Below, in pieces: positions 1 to 7,608 of a stretch of 32,000 nucleotides of DNA (its first letter is position 1; each line of letters opens with the position of its first letter). The DNA lies in the NCBI RefSeq assembly GCF_001462395.1, contig NZ_LNTB01000001.1, forward strand, positions 360,001 through 392,000. Direction: 5' to 3'. The position numbers were made by a program, and so were the translations under genes. The stretch is from Pyrodictium occultum (GTDB taxonomy: Archaea > Thermoproteota > Thermoprotei_A > Sulfolobales > Pyrodictiaceae). Below the pieces are notes generated by a model. It ran no database searches. It was not told the origin of the DNA and saw nothing but the letters and a program-made list of their open reading frames with translations.

Positions 1-577
1 CCTTCTCGGCGAGGCCTAGCACGTAGTTGGTGGTGCCGTTGAGCACGCCCTGGAGTCTCTTCACCCGTCTGCCCGCAAGCCCCCAGCGCAGCACATCGAT
101 GAGAGGGGTGCCCGCCATGACGGTGGCCTTGTAGAAGACCCGGCGGCTCCAGGAGCCCCGGAGGAGCCTGCTGCAGCTAGTAGCGAGCGGAGCCTTGTCA
201 GCCGCCACCACCGCGCCGCCCGAGGAGAGGACGCGCTCATACCAGGAGAGGGCCTCGCCCGGCGAGTCGTAGCGGCTTGGAGTAGCGTCGACGAGCACGT
301 CGATATCAAAGCGCTCGAGGGCCTCGGCCACGCTCCCCTCGAAGCCGCCCTCCAGCCTGGAGAGGCCGCCGCGTGGCGCACGGAGGGCGGCCTCCACCCT
401 ACCCCAGTCGAGGCCCAGGCTGGAGCCGAGGAAGCCCCTGCTGTCAGCTATGAAGACGAGCCGCGGCTCGAGCCCGTAGCGCTCAGCGAGAAGCCCTTGT
501 CTCTCGGCGAGCATGCGCGTAAACGCCCTACCAACATTGCCGAAGCCCGCCAGCCCGATGCGCAGTGTATGCGCCAC
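1..577 (-). CDS. hom: Homoserine dehydrogenase, N-terminal part; the 3' end runs off the left edge
   Basis: My own minus-strand translation from GTG at 577 is open to position 2. It reads VAHTLRIGLAGFGNVGRAFTRML...DVLVDATPS...KATVMAGTPLIDVLRW...RLQGVLNGTTNYVLGLAEK. It shows the NAD-binding GxGxxG and the LNGTTNY motif typical of homoserine dehydrogenase. It is absent from the ORF track because no stop lies in the window. Confidence 0.75.
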   Translation of the reverse strand, partial: MAHTLRIGLAGFGNVGRAFTRMLAERQGLLAERYGLEPRLVFIADSRGFLGSSLGLDWGRVEAALRAPRGGLSRLEGGFEGSVAEALERFDIDVLVDATPSRYDSPGEALSWYERVLSSGGAVVAADKAPLATSCSRLLRGSWSRRVFYKATVMAGTPLIDVLRWGLAGRRVKRLQGVLNGTTNYVLGLAEK

Positions 578-616
578 TGGAGGCCCACCCTTGTGGGCCC
601 GAGGCCGCCGGGGCTC

Positions 617-1399
617 TTAAGAGCCCCCCGGCTCCGGGGTCTCGACGCTGGCCTCAGCCTCCCTCTCCGCGCGCCTCCTCGCCCGCTCTATGAGACCCTG
701 AAGGATGCTGAGGAACCGGAGCGGGTCTATCGAGACCACGCCTAGCATCTCGGCGAACCTCCTGACACCCTCATCGTTGGTCACCAGCACACCCTGGGTC
801 TCAAGGGCCAGCAGCACAGCGTCCAGGTCCTCTATGCTGTCCAGCACGCCGTGCCTGGTAGCCTCCCTGTAGCGCTCCCGGAGCCCCCGTATCAGGGCGC
901 CCAGCTTCTCCCTCCGGGCCTCCCTGCTGGCCACGCCGCTCGGGTACATGCTACCGGCCTCGAAGGCGCGGCGGACATGCTCCTCCGCCACCCGCAGGCC
1001 CCTCGTCACCCTGTTGCGCATCTCCTCTACGTAGGCCCTGAGCACCGTCGCTGGGAGGCTTATCTCGTGCCTCGCCGGCGGCTTTATGGTTATCCAGGTC
1101 GCTAGCGCCTCGAAGCTCTGTATAGTCACCCCGTTGGCCTGGAGGAAGCGTCGGGCCTCCTCGTAGACCGTCGGGGGCATGTATATCTCCAGCCCGTAGC
1201 CGAGCCGGGCCTCGGCAAGCATCCCGGCAAGCACCCGCACCGCCTCGTCAAGGCTGCCCGCGCCCAGGATTGCACGGAGCCGGGGGTCTGTGACCGCGCT
1301 AGTGTCAAGCACGTAGACCCTGAGCCTCCTCTGCAGCTTCTCCCTCATCGCCTCACCACCGCTGCCGCCGCCAAGGATCCCCCGGGGAGGACACATCAA
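617..1399 (-). CDS. PIN-domain protein, RNA ligase partner (MJ_0950-like family)
   Basis: 260-aa ORF. RVYVLDTSAVTDP is a PIN-like N-terminus. The size and the proximity to a Pab1020-type RNA ligase match the archaeal RNA-ligase-partner family as I remember it. The likelier start is the internal ATG at 1348 (MREKLQRR...). Confidence 0.6.
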   Translation of the reverse strand: MMCPPRGILGGGSGGEAMREKLQRRLRVYVLDTSAVTDPRLRAILGAGSLDEAVRVLAGMLAEARLGYGLEIYMPPTVYEEARRFLQANGVTIQSFEALATWITIKPPARHEISLPATVLRAYVEEMRNRVTRGLRVAEEHVRRAFEAGSMYPSGVASREARREKLGALIRGLRERYREATRHGVLDSIEDLDAVLLALETQGVLVTNDEGVRRFAEMLGVVSIDPLRFLSILQGLIERARRRAEREAEASVETPEPGGS

Positions 1400-1528
1400 C
1401 AGCGCCCCGTAGCCCTCCCACTAGGGCGTGCAGGACAAGCCAATAACACTTGTCCCAAGAAGCGGGAGCCGACGTGTTATAGCCGCTCCCCTCCCCGACG
1501 CAGCGCCCGGAAGGCTGGAGGGGGAGCC

Positions 1529-2212
1529 TTGACAGCCTCTAGGCTCGCCGCGCTGCAGGGGGCGCTAGCCTTCACCACCCTTATAGGCCTGCTGGCCGTG
1601 GCCACCGCTCCGGCCAGGGAGCTAGTGCTACACTTCGCAGGCTACCTGGCCCTCGCCTCAGCCGTCTCCGCCGCCGCCGCCCGGATGCTGGCGAGGGGCT
1701 ACGCCGAGGCACTGGCTAGGGCCCTCGCACACGTCTCCAGGCTAGGCGTGGCGGAGCTGGGGCCCCGGGGCGCCACCGACGCTACCCTCGTGGCCCAGAG
1801 CATCGCGGGGCTGGAGCAGGTGGCGGGCCTCTGGCCCCTGGCGGCGGCAGGCGCCGGGGTGTCAGGGCTGCTAGCCTCAATACTATCATACTACATCGCC
1901 AGGAGGGGCGCCGCGGCCCTGCTGAGGCTTGCCAAGAGCCTCGGGGCGGAGCCCGCGTGCAGAAGCCCGCCGGGGCTCAGCGTGGCCGCGGTCTCCTCGA
2001 TAACCCTCGCCGGGCTCGGCGCCTCGGCTGTAATAGCCTCCCCCAGCTACGGGAGGCTGCTGAGGTGCATAGAGGAGGCCGGGGAAGAGCTTAGGAGGTC
2101 TCTCGAGAGCCGCGCGGCCCCGGCGGAGGCCGGGGAGGATGCGGGAGCGGCAGCCCCGGGGCCCGTGGAGCCGGTAGACGGGGAGGGGAAGGGTGCCGGG
2201 GAGGGGCTGTAG
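1529..2212 (+). CDS. Hypothetical Ala-rich membrane protein
   Basis: 227-aa ORF with a TTG start preceded by GGAGGGGGA. It has several hydrophobic segments and an acidic Gly/Ala/Glu tail. No competing ORF on the other strand. No recognisable family, and long chance ORFs are possible in GC-rich DNA. Confidence 0.4.
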   Translation: MTASRLAALQGALAFTTLIGLLAVATAPARELVLHFAGYLALASAVSAAAARMLARGYAEALARALAHVSRLGVAELGPRGATDATLVAQSIAGLEQVAGLWPLAAAGAGVSGLLASILSYYIARRGAAALLRLAKSLGAEPACRSPPGLSVAAVSSITLAGLGASAVIASPSYGRLLRCIEEAGEELRRSLESRAAPAEAGEDAGAAAPGPVEPVDGEGKGAGEGL

Positions 2213-2417
2213 GGCTAGACTCGCAGCCCTCTTAGCGGGCTACATAGCCTATCTGGCCCTCCTCTTCAACCCTAGGACGAGCCGCTACACTGTGGAGGCC
2301 TCGCTAGCCGTCCTCGCAGGGCTCCTAGTCTACATGGCCGCCGGCTACCTTCGGGCGTCGTGCGGCCAGCACCCCGGCGGCGGGGGCGGCGAGCTAACCC
2401 GGACCCCGGTAGGCTAG
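2193..2417 (+). CDS. Small hypothetical membrane protein
   Basis: 74-aa ORF with two hydrophobic stretches that overlaps the previous ORF by 20 nt. Its stop shares a palindromic CTAG with the convergent RNA ligase stop. Weak support. Confidence 0.3.
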   Translation: MPGRGCRARLAALLAGYIAYLALLFNPRTSRYTVEASLAVLAGLLVYMAAGYLRASCGQHPGGGGGELTRTPVG

Positions 2418-3586
2418 TCTATCGGGGAGACGCCAGTCTCGAGGATCCGGCGCACCCGTATCCAGGTCTCCTTTATCTTCCTCATCCTGGCCCTTAGGAC
2501 CCCGCCCTCCTCCCTGGCCTCGACCAGGACGACGTCGACCCCGAGGCTCTGCATGTAGTCCATGAACTCCTCTAGCTCATCCCTGCCGGCGAACTCCAGC
2601 TCGAACTCCTCGTAGACCATGTAGCCGCCGGCGACCTTCTTGACGGTCTCCACCGCCGGCTGGAGGGCGGCGCGGCCCAGCTCCAGGGCTATGGCGTCGA
2701 GCCTCGGGCCCTCCACCCCCTCCTCGTAGACCCGGAATATCTCGCGGAGGATCCTGGAGAAGAGGAAGCTCCAGCCCTCCTCCATGAAGAACCTCATGCC
2801 CAGCCTTATATCGCCTATATTGGTGGAGGAGGTCGTATACTTCAGCGGGGGCACCCGGTAGTCCGGGTCCTTCACCACGACGCCCTCGCGGCCCTCACGG
2901 TCAAGCCTCTCCACTATCCTCTTGAAGGCCTCCACATCGGTCTTCTCCAGCACCCCCAGCACCGGGACATGGGGGACCCCGTGCTTCTCCGCCGCCTCGT
3001 CCCGCATCCTCGGCGGCAGCGGCCTCCCGCCGCGGAAGATGTCGAAGACAAAGTAGCCGAAGCGGGGCGCCTCGGGATAGAAGTACCTCGTGTAAGGGTT
3101 TTCGAGGCCTATAACCTCCCCCGCCGCCACGTGGTCCTCGGGGCCCAGCTCGCGGAGCATCTCCCTCAGCCTGTCGCCCATGAGCCTCTCGAGCCTGGAG
3201 GTAGTGTAGGGGCAGATCAGCCCGCCCCGCGTAACGGCTAGTATCCTGTCATCGACCAGGACCACCCTGACATTGTACCCGTTGAGCTTCTCCTCCACAA
3301 CAACCCTGTCCAGGAAGTGGCGGGGAAGCGCGACGCTTGGAAGGACCATCCTCTGTATCGGCGGGTAGCCGGGAACCACCCTCCACCAGCCCCTGCCGAA
3401 GACCACAGCGGTGCCCTCATGGTGCCCCGCCACCCCCCGGCGGAGGGAGGCGTAGAGGAGGCCCCTGAACTCGCGGAAGCGGAGCGTCCTCCGGGAGGCC
3501 AGCTCCTCCACCCGCTCCCTGGGCAGCCCTAGGGCGTCAGCTACCACGTCGAGCATCCAGGGCTCCGGCCGGTGTATCCACGTCAA
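2414..3586 (-). CDS. ATP-dependent RNA ligase, Pab1020/MthRnl (Rnl3) family
   Basis: 390-aa ORF. EEKLNGYNVRV carries the nucleotidyltransferase KxNG lysine motif, followed by AVTRGGLICPYTT, which resembles Pab1020 as I remember it. The TTG at 3586 is the ORF-track start. The ATG at 3556 (MLDVVADALG...) is a plausible true start. Confidence 0.85.
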   Translation of the reverse strand: MTWIHRPEPWMLDVVADALGLPRERVEELASRRTLRFREFRGLLYASLRRGVAGHHEGTAVVFGRGWWRVVPGYPPIQRMVLPSVALPRHFLDRVVVEEKLNGYNVRVVLVDDRILAVTRGGLICPYTTSRLERLMGDRLREMLRELGPEDHVAAGEVIGLENPYTRYFYPEAPRFGYFVFDIFRGGRPLPPRMRDEAAEKHGVPHVPVLGVLEKTDVEAFKRIVERLDREGREGVVVKDPDYRVPPLKYTTSSTNIGDIRLGMRFFMEEGWSFLFSRILREIFRVYEEGVEGPRLDAIALELGRAALQPAVETVKKVAGGYMVYEEFELEFAGRDELEEFMDYMQSLGVDVVLVEAREEGGVLRARMRKIKETWIRVRRILETGVSPID

Positions 3587-3707
3587 TGAGGCTGCACCCC
3601 TGCAGGTTTCTCCGAGAGGGCTGCTGGGGAGACCGGGGGCCGCAGCCCGCAGTGGGCGGAGACCCCCGCTGGCCTACGGCAAGCCCCTCCGAGCGCATAG
3701 CCTATGA

Positions 3708-3720
3708 GGGGAAAAAGCCC
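3708..3720 (-). terminator. Oligo-T tract downstream of the YbjQ-like gene
   Basis: The minus strand reads GGGCTTTTTCCCC about 25 nt after the stop at 3740. Archaeal termination typically uses T-runs. Confidence 0.35.
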
Positions 3721-3739
3721 ATCACCGTGTAGGTGGGAG

Positions 3740-4030
3740 CTACTGGCTCTCCGCCTTCTCTAGTACAGCTGCCGTCCCGTAGGCTAGGAGGAGCACCCAC
3801 TCGCCGCCAACGCCGACGACTCTCCTGGTGTCGATACGGATGCCGAGGACGGCGTTTGCGCCTAGCTTGCGGGCCTCCTGCTTCACACGCTCCATTATAG
3901 CGTCTAGCTCGGCCTCAAGGCCGGCTACAGTGAGGCTTATCGGCCTTGAAGCATAGACTAGCCCCTTGAGCTCGCGCACCCTGTAGCCCTCGGCCCTCTC
4001 CACGGATAGCAGGAGCACATCCCCCGTCAA
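3740..4030 (-). CDS. YbjQ/UPF0145 family protein
   Basis: 96 aa. The layout GY.V.E..G.V...........L........A...M...A..LGANAV.G.R.D........V.AYGTAV is typical of UPF0145. Confidence 0.75.
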   Translation of the reverse strand: MTGDVLLLSVERAEGYRVRELKGLVYASRPISLTVAGLEAELDAIMERVKQEARKLGANAVLGIRIDTRRVVGVGGEWVLLLAYGTAAVLEKAESQ

Positions 4031-4147
4031 CGCCCTACCACCCCAGCCTAGCTGGTTGGTGAACTGAAACCCTTACCCTCATTATATCTACAGCACCGGT
4101 GGAGGCTAAATTAGTCAAGTTACGTTAGACGAGCCCACAATCATTCA

Positions 4148-5356
4148 TCACTTGCCGGGGCCCGTCTCAGCCCCAGCCCTAACGTGCTCCAGGAGCCGGC
4201 TGGTAAGAAGCTCGACGCGGAGCCTGCCCAGAGCACCGGCCAGTACCGCGCCGTGGAGGAATACAGTGTAGCACTTTATGCACGGCGTAACTATCTCCCT
4301 GACTCCCTGCTCCAGCATCCGCTCCACCCTCCACCTGTAGATCCGCTCGCGGATGCCTGGGAAGGGCTCCTCCTTCAGGTAGTTGACTCCACCTCCACCC
4401 CCGCAGCAGAGCGTGTACGGTGGCCTGTCCCTCGGCTGCCCGGCGCCAGCTAGTCTCAGCACCAGGGGGCAGACCGTGCGGTATCCAAAGCGGCAAAAGC
4501 CGCAGCTGGTGAAGACCATGGAGCCCCTGCCGCCATTACCGTGGCCGGCTCGAGGCGCTAGGCCTGCTACCATAGCCAGTCCGTCAGCTACCTCGACGCC
4601 TCCTCCCGGGACGAGCCCATACGCTCTAGCCAGGTGTATGAACTTTATGTCGGCGCCGCATGTAATAGCTACGACTCTCCTGGCTCCTAGCTTCTCAGCC
4701 TCCTCGACAGCCTTCTCGAGCAGGGCTAGCCCCACGTCGGGCCTGGCCGCGTCGAATGCTACATTACCCCCGAGGTCGAGGGCCTCCGGCGATACAGTTA
4801 CCTTGGCACCCAGGAGGCGGAGGAGGAGGAGAACCTCCCGCAGCTTCTCCGGATACAAAGTGGTCTCGAAGGGCGAGGGCACGTAGAGGACGTCGCCCGG
4901 GCTGCCGGGCTCTACGCCTGCCTCTTTAGCCACCCTCTCCAGGACACGGCGGGGCTCCTCCCGCCTAGCTACGAAGCTGTGGCCGGAGACGGCGGCGTTC
5001 TCGGCAACCTGCTGAAGGCTCTTCGGAGCCCTGCCCTGCAGGCTGAGCTTCGCCCTAGCGGCGTAGACTAGCCTCCAGACCTCTATGCCGAAGGGGCATA
5101 GGAGGGTGCAGGCGCCGCACATGCTGCAGGTGTAGAGCGAGACAAGGTCGTCGCTCGTGGCCCTGCCCTCCAGGAGTACCCGTGCTGCAGCCTCTAGGCG
5201 CCGCGGCGGTGCCAGCCTCGGATCACGGACTGCACGGTAGGATGTACAGCCTGCTGCGCACATCATGCACCGGGTGCATGCTGCCAGCGCCTCCCGGGCT
5301 ATCTCCTCTGCCTCGCCTATTATAGCGTCCACTGCATCCCTATGGATCACGGCCAC
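4148..5356 (-). CDS. HdrD/GlpC-like iron-sulfur protein (two ferredoxin-type Cys motifs plus a CCG region)
   Basis: CTRCMMCAAGCT and CSMCGACTLLCP are CxxCxxCxxxC motifs. TLCCGGGGG and TPCIKC are CCG-domain signatures as found in heterodisulfide reductase subunit D relatives. Confidence 0.8.
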   Translation of the reverse strand: MAVIHRDAVDAIIGEAEEIAREALAACTRCMMCAAGCTSYRAVRDPRLAPPRRLEAAARVLLEGRATSDDLVSLYTCSMCGACTLLCPFGIEVWRLVYAARAKLSLQGRAPKSLQQVAENAAVSGHSFVARREEPRRVLERVAKEAGVEPGSPGDVLYVPSPFETTLYPEKLREVLLLLRLLGAKVTVSPEALDLGGNVAFDAARPDVGLALLEKAVEEAEKLGARRVVAITCGADIKFIHLARAYGLVPGGGVEVADGLAMVAGLAPRAGHGNGGRGSMVFTSCGFCRFGYRTVCPLVLRLAGAGQPRDRPPYTLCCGGGGGVNYLKEEPFPGIRERIYRWRVERMLEQGVREIVTPCIKCYTVFLHGAVLAGALGRLRVELLTSRLLEHVRAGAETGPGK

Positions 5357-5390
5357 ACCTCAGCCCTGGCTTCCCGGGTGCCCCGAGAAC

Positions 5391-5442
5391 ACATTATATT
5401 ATTTAATTACTTATATTCATAAAATTCAAAAATAAATATATG
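5391..5442. promoter_or_regulatory. AT-rich divergent promoter island with several TATA-like boxes
   Basis: acattatattatttaattacttatattcataaaattcaaaaataaatatat is about 50 nt of almost pure A/T in otherwise GC-rich DNA. It lies between divergent starts at 5356 (minus) and 5477 (plus). TATA-like runs sit roughly 35-50 nt from each start codon. Confidence 0.55.
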
Positions 5443-5476
5443 AGGGTCCTGCTCCTCAGACTTCGGGGCGGGCACC

Positions 5477-6112
5477 ATGCCTCTCGACGAGACCGCACTG
5501 AGAGCAGCAATAGCCGATGTACTCCTCCGTACAGCAGGGCTGCCTACCTTAGACGAAGTAGGCAGGATCATGAGGCGAGCCGAGAAGGGCACCAGGGTCG
5601 TCATAGTGATCGACAACTCCAGGTATGCCAGGGCTGAAGCCGATAACCTAAAGAAGCTCCTGGAGAGGTATGAGGGCGTTGAAACGAGGATCGTTGAGAA
5701 GAGTAGCTGGGGCTCCGAGCTACCCCCGCCCCTGATAAGCATAGACGGCACCCTAGAGGGCAGGATATTCTTCTACGGGGCCCCCTCTGACATACTCAAG
5801 CCGATCTTCCTGCTAGCTGTCGCAGCATCCGCCGAGGCATGGAGGCCGGGTCGCTGCAGGGGGCTCGGCGGCGTGAAGGGGCGGGCCAGGCTCTACGTGG
5901 TGCCGGGCCTACCCTGCGCTAAGACATTGTACGACGCGCTGCATATACTCTGCTGCAGCACGGCTGAGCTGGAGGTCGTCAACGTCGAGGGCTACTATGC
6001 CACTGGTAGAGAGATCCCGGTGAGACGTGTGCCTACCTTCATCTCGCCCAGCGGCAGGGTGCATGTGGGTGAGCCGAGGGATCCGGAGGAGCTAGCGGAG
6101 TGGTGGGGGTAG
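5477..6112 (+). CDS. Protein disulfide oxidoreductase (PDO)-like protein with two thioredoxin-fold units, both CxxC sites missing
   Basis: 211 aa. GRIFFYGAPSDILKPIF matches the inter-domain G.R.(F/Y)G.P.G.EF segment of archaeal PDOs as I remember P. furiosus PDO. RLYVVPGLPCAKT aligns with the V.VF.TPTCPYC position, and RRVPTFI with the cis-Pro loop. The N-unit position reads IDNSRYARA with no Cys. The C-unit reads C-A-K-T, so only one Cys remains. Confidence 0.5.
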   Translation: MPLDETALRAAIADVLLRTAGLPTLDEVGRIMRRAEKGTRVVIVIDNSRYARAEADNLKKLLERYEGVETRIVEKSSWGSELPPPLISIDGTLEGRIFFYGAPSDILKPIFLLAVAASAEAWRPGRCRGLGGVKGRARLYVVPGLPCAKTLYDALHILCCSTAELEVVNVEGYYATGREIPVRRVPTFISPSGRVHVGEPRDPEELAEWWG

Positions 6113-6115
6113 CCA

Positions 6116-6150
6116 GATATTTTTAATTTTATCTCGTAATATACGCTAGT
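6116..6150 (+). promoter_or_regulatory. AT-rich TATA-like promoter upstream of the TusA-like gene
   Basis: gatatttttaattttatctcgtaatatacgc lies immediately upstream of 6169/6196 and is the only AT-rich patch in that spacer. Confidence 0.4.
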
Positions 6151-6168
6151 TACGTAGATTAGTAGGCC

Positions 6169-6444
6169 TTGTGGAAGAGCCTAGTGGGGGCGGGCATGGC
6201 CGGCGGAGAAGCAGTGCTCGACTTGACAGCCCTGACCACGGTATGCGGCGACTACACTGTGCACATACTCTCCAAGCTGAAGGCGCTAGCCAGCGGTGAG
6301 AGGCTTGTAGTCAGGGCTAGGGCTGGGGACCGCGGCCTAGTCGAGGCGGCTGCCCTAAGCCTGGAGAAGGCAGGCATCGCGAGGATCCTCGAGAAGGGCG
6401 AGAGGGAGGGAACCTTCTACGTAGTGCTCGAGAAGAGGGGGTAG
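6169..6444 (+). CDS. TusA/SirA-like small protein (divergent)
   Basis: VLDLTALTTVCGDYTVHILSKLKAL...GERLVVRA....G......L.KAG...LE..EREGTFYVVLEK follows the TusA fold pattern: LD..G..C, then an alpha helix, then E.L.V, then a C-terminal beta hairpin. It has a Cys at the expected place but lacks the usual CP.P. The ATG at 6196 is the likelier start. Confidence 0.5.
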   Translation: MWKSLVGAGMAGGEAVLDLTALTTVCGDYTVHILSKLKALASGERLVVRARAGDRGLVEAAALSLEKAGIARILEKGEREGTFYVVLEKRG

Positions 6445-6446
6445 GG

Positions 6447-7043
6447 GTGGCCCCGATCCCGGCAGCCTCCTACGAGGCCGCCGCCCTACTGGCCGCTGCG
6501 CTGCTCCCTATAGCCTATGCAGGGCTAAGCGGGGCTAGGGGCTACCGGTCTGCGGCCAGGGCTCTCCGGCGTCTCCTCCGCGACCTCCTGGTGCTCCCGG
6601 CCCTGGGGCATCCTACAGCGTTGCTGACAGCCCTCCTGGCAAGCATGCTCCACCTCGGGCTCGCCGCCGCCGTGGCTATGCACCTTGTGCTCGCCGGCGC
6701 CTGGAGCGGACTCTACACGGCGCCCCCCAGCGTCCTGGAGGCGTTGATCCATGCCAGGACTATAGCAGCATGGCTGGTGCTGGCCTCCGCCGCTAGCCTG
6801 CTGGGTATGCGGCTCTACACCCGCCTAGCACTAGGCCCCGGGGAGGCGAGGCAGCTACTCCTGGCTACCGGAGACCTGCTGCTAGCACTCCTCGCCGCCA
6901 CCGGGGCCGCCGCCTACAAGACGCCGGGGCTCCTGGAGGCGCATAGTGTCCTAGGGCTGGTTGCCCTCGGCTACACCGCCGCCCTGCTAGCCATGAGCCA
7001 CCGGCTGCGCCTTCCCGGTGGGAGCAGGGTGCTGGAGGTGTAG
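6447..7043 (+). CDS. Cys-free, His-containing polytopic membrane protein
   Basis: 198 aa with a GTG start 2 nt after the previous stop. It has 5-6 hydrophobic helices with His residues inside or next to them (GHPT, MLHLG, AMHLV, LIHAR, EAHSV, MSHRL) and no Cys. No family recognised. Confidence 0.5.
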   Translation: MAPIPAASYEAAALLAAALLPIAYAGLSGARGYRSAARALRRLLRDLLVLPALGHPTALLTALLASMLHLGLAAAVAMHLVLAGAWSGLYTAPPSVLEALIHARTIAAWLVLASAASLLGMRLYTRLALGPGEARQLLLATGDLLLALLAATGAAAYKTPGLLEAHSVLGLVALGYTAALLAMSHRLRLPGGSRVLEV

Positions 7044-7048
7044 GCCCG

Positions 7049-7603
7049 GTGAGGGCCGCCGCAGCCGTGGCTCTGGGAGCGGCTGTCGCCCTCCTTTCCC
7101 TCACGCTACTAGTGCTCGCAGCCCATACCAGGAATGGTGGCCCGGGCCCTACCGCCACCCCGGCAGCCGGGGCCGAGCCTCCTGGAAGGTATATAGTGAT
7201 CCTGGGCAGCGCGGCCTGCCCCCACTGCCGCGCCATGGAGGCGTTCTTCGAGGAGAAGCTGCCCGGCGTAGCCTACTTCTGTGATATAGACGCTAGAGGG
7301 TCTAGCTGCTGGAGGGCTTTCAGCCTTCTCGTGGCTGAGAGGGTTACGCTCGGCGTGCCCACAATCGTTGTCTGCGACGCCGAGAGCCATAGGGTTGATG
7401 GCATAGTTGTAGGGGAGTACGAGGATGCAGGCTGGTGGAGGAGCATCCTTAGCAATGGCGTGTCGACGGGCAATGCCACTACCATACCCGTGTACATTGG
7501 GGGCAGGCTGGCCGGGTTCGTCGGCGCCAGGCTCGGCGGCATGGGGAGCCTCTACAACCTGCTGTGCCGTGAAACCCTGGCTGATGCTAGGGCCCTGGGG
7601 TAG
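7049..7603 (+). CDS. Membrane-anchored thioredoxin/glutaredoxin-fold protein with a CPHC active site
   Basis: GGAGGTG lies 9 nt upstream of the GTG start. The N-terminus is Arg followed by a hydrophobic anchor and a Pro/Thr/Ala linker. Then comes YIVILGSAACPHCRAME (CPHC, the DsbA-type dipeptide) and the cis-Pro loop LGVPTIVV. Confidence 0.7.
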   Translation: MRAAAAVALGAAVALLSLTLLVLAAHTRNGGPGPTATPAAGAEPPGRYIVILGSAACPHCRAMEAFFEEKLPGVAYFCDIDARGSSCWRAFSLLVAERVTLGVPTIVVCDAESHRVDGIVVGEYEDAGWWRSILSNGVSTGNATTIPVYIGGRLAGFVGARLGGMGSLYNLLCRETLADARALG

Positions 7604-7608
7604 GGGCT

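Noticed and set aside
61-381. 106-aa minus-strand ORF at the left edge
   Set aside because: It is the wrong frame of the homoserine dehydrogenase gene. The neighbouring minus frame gives the GxGxxG and LNGTTNY motifs and is open from 577 to the window edge.
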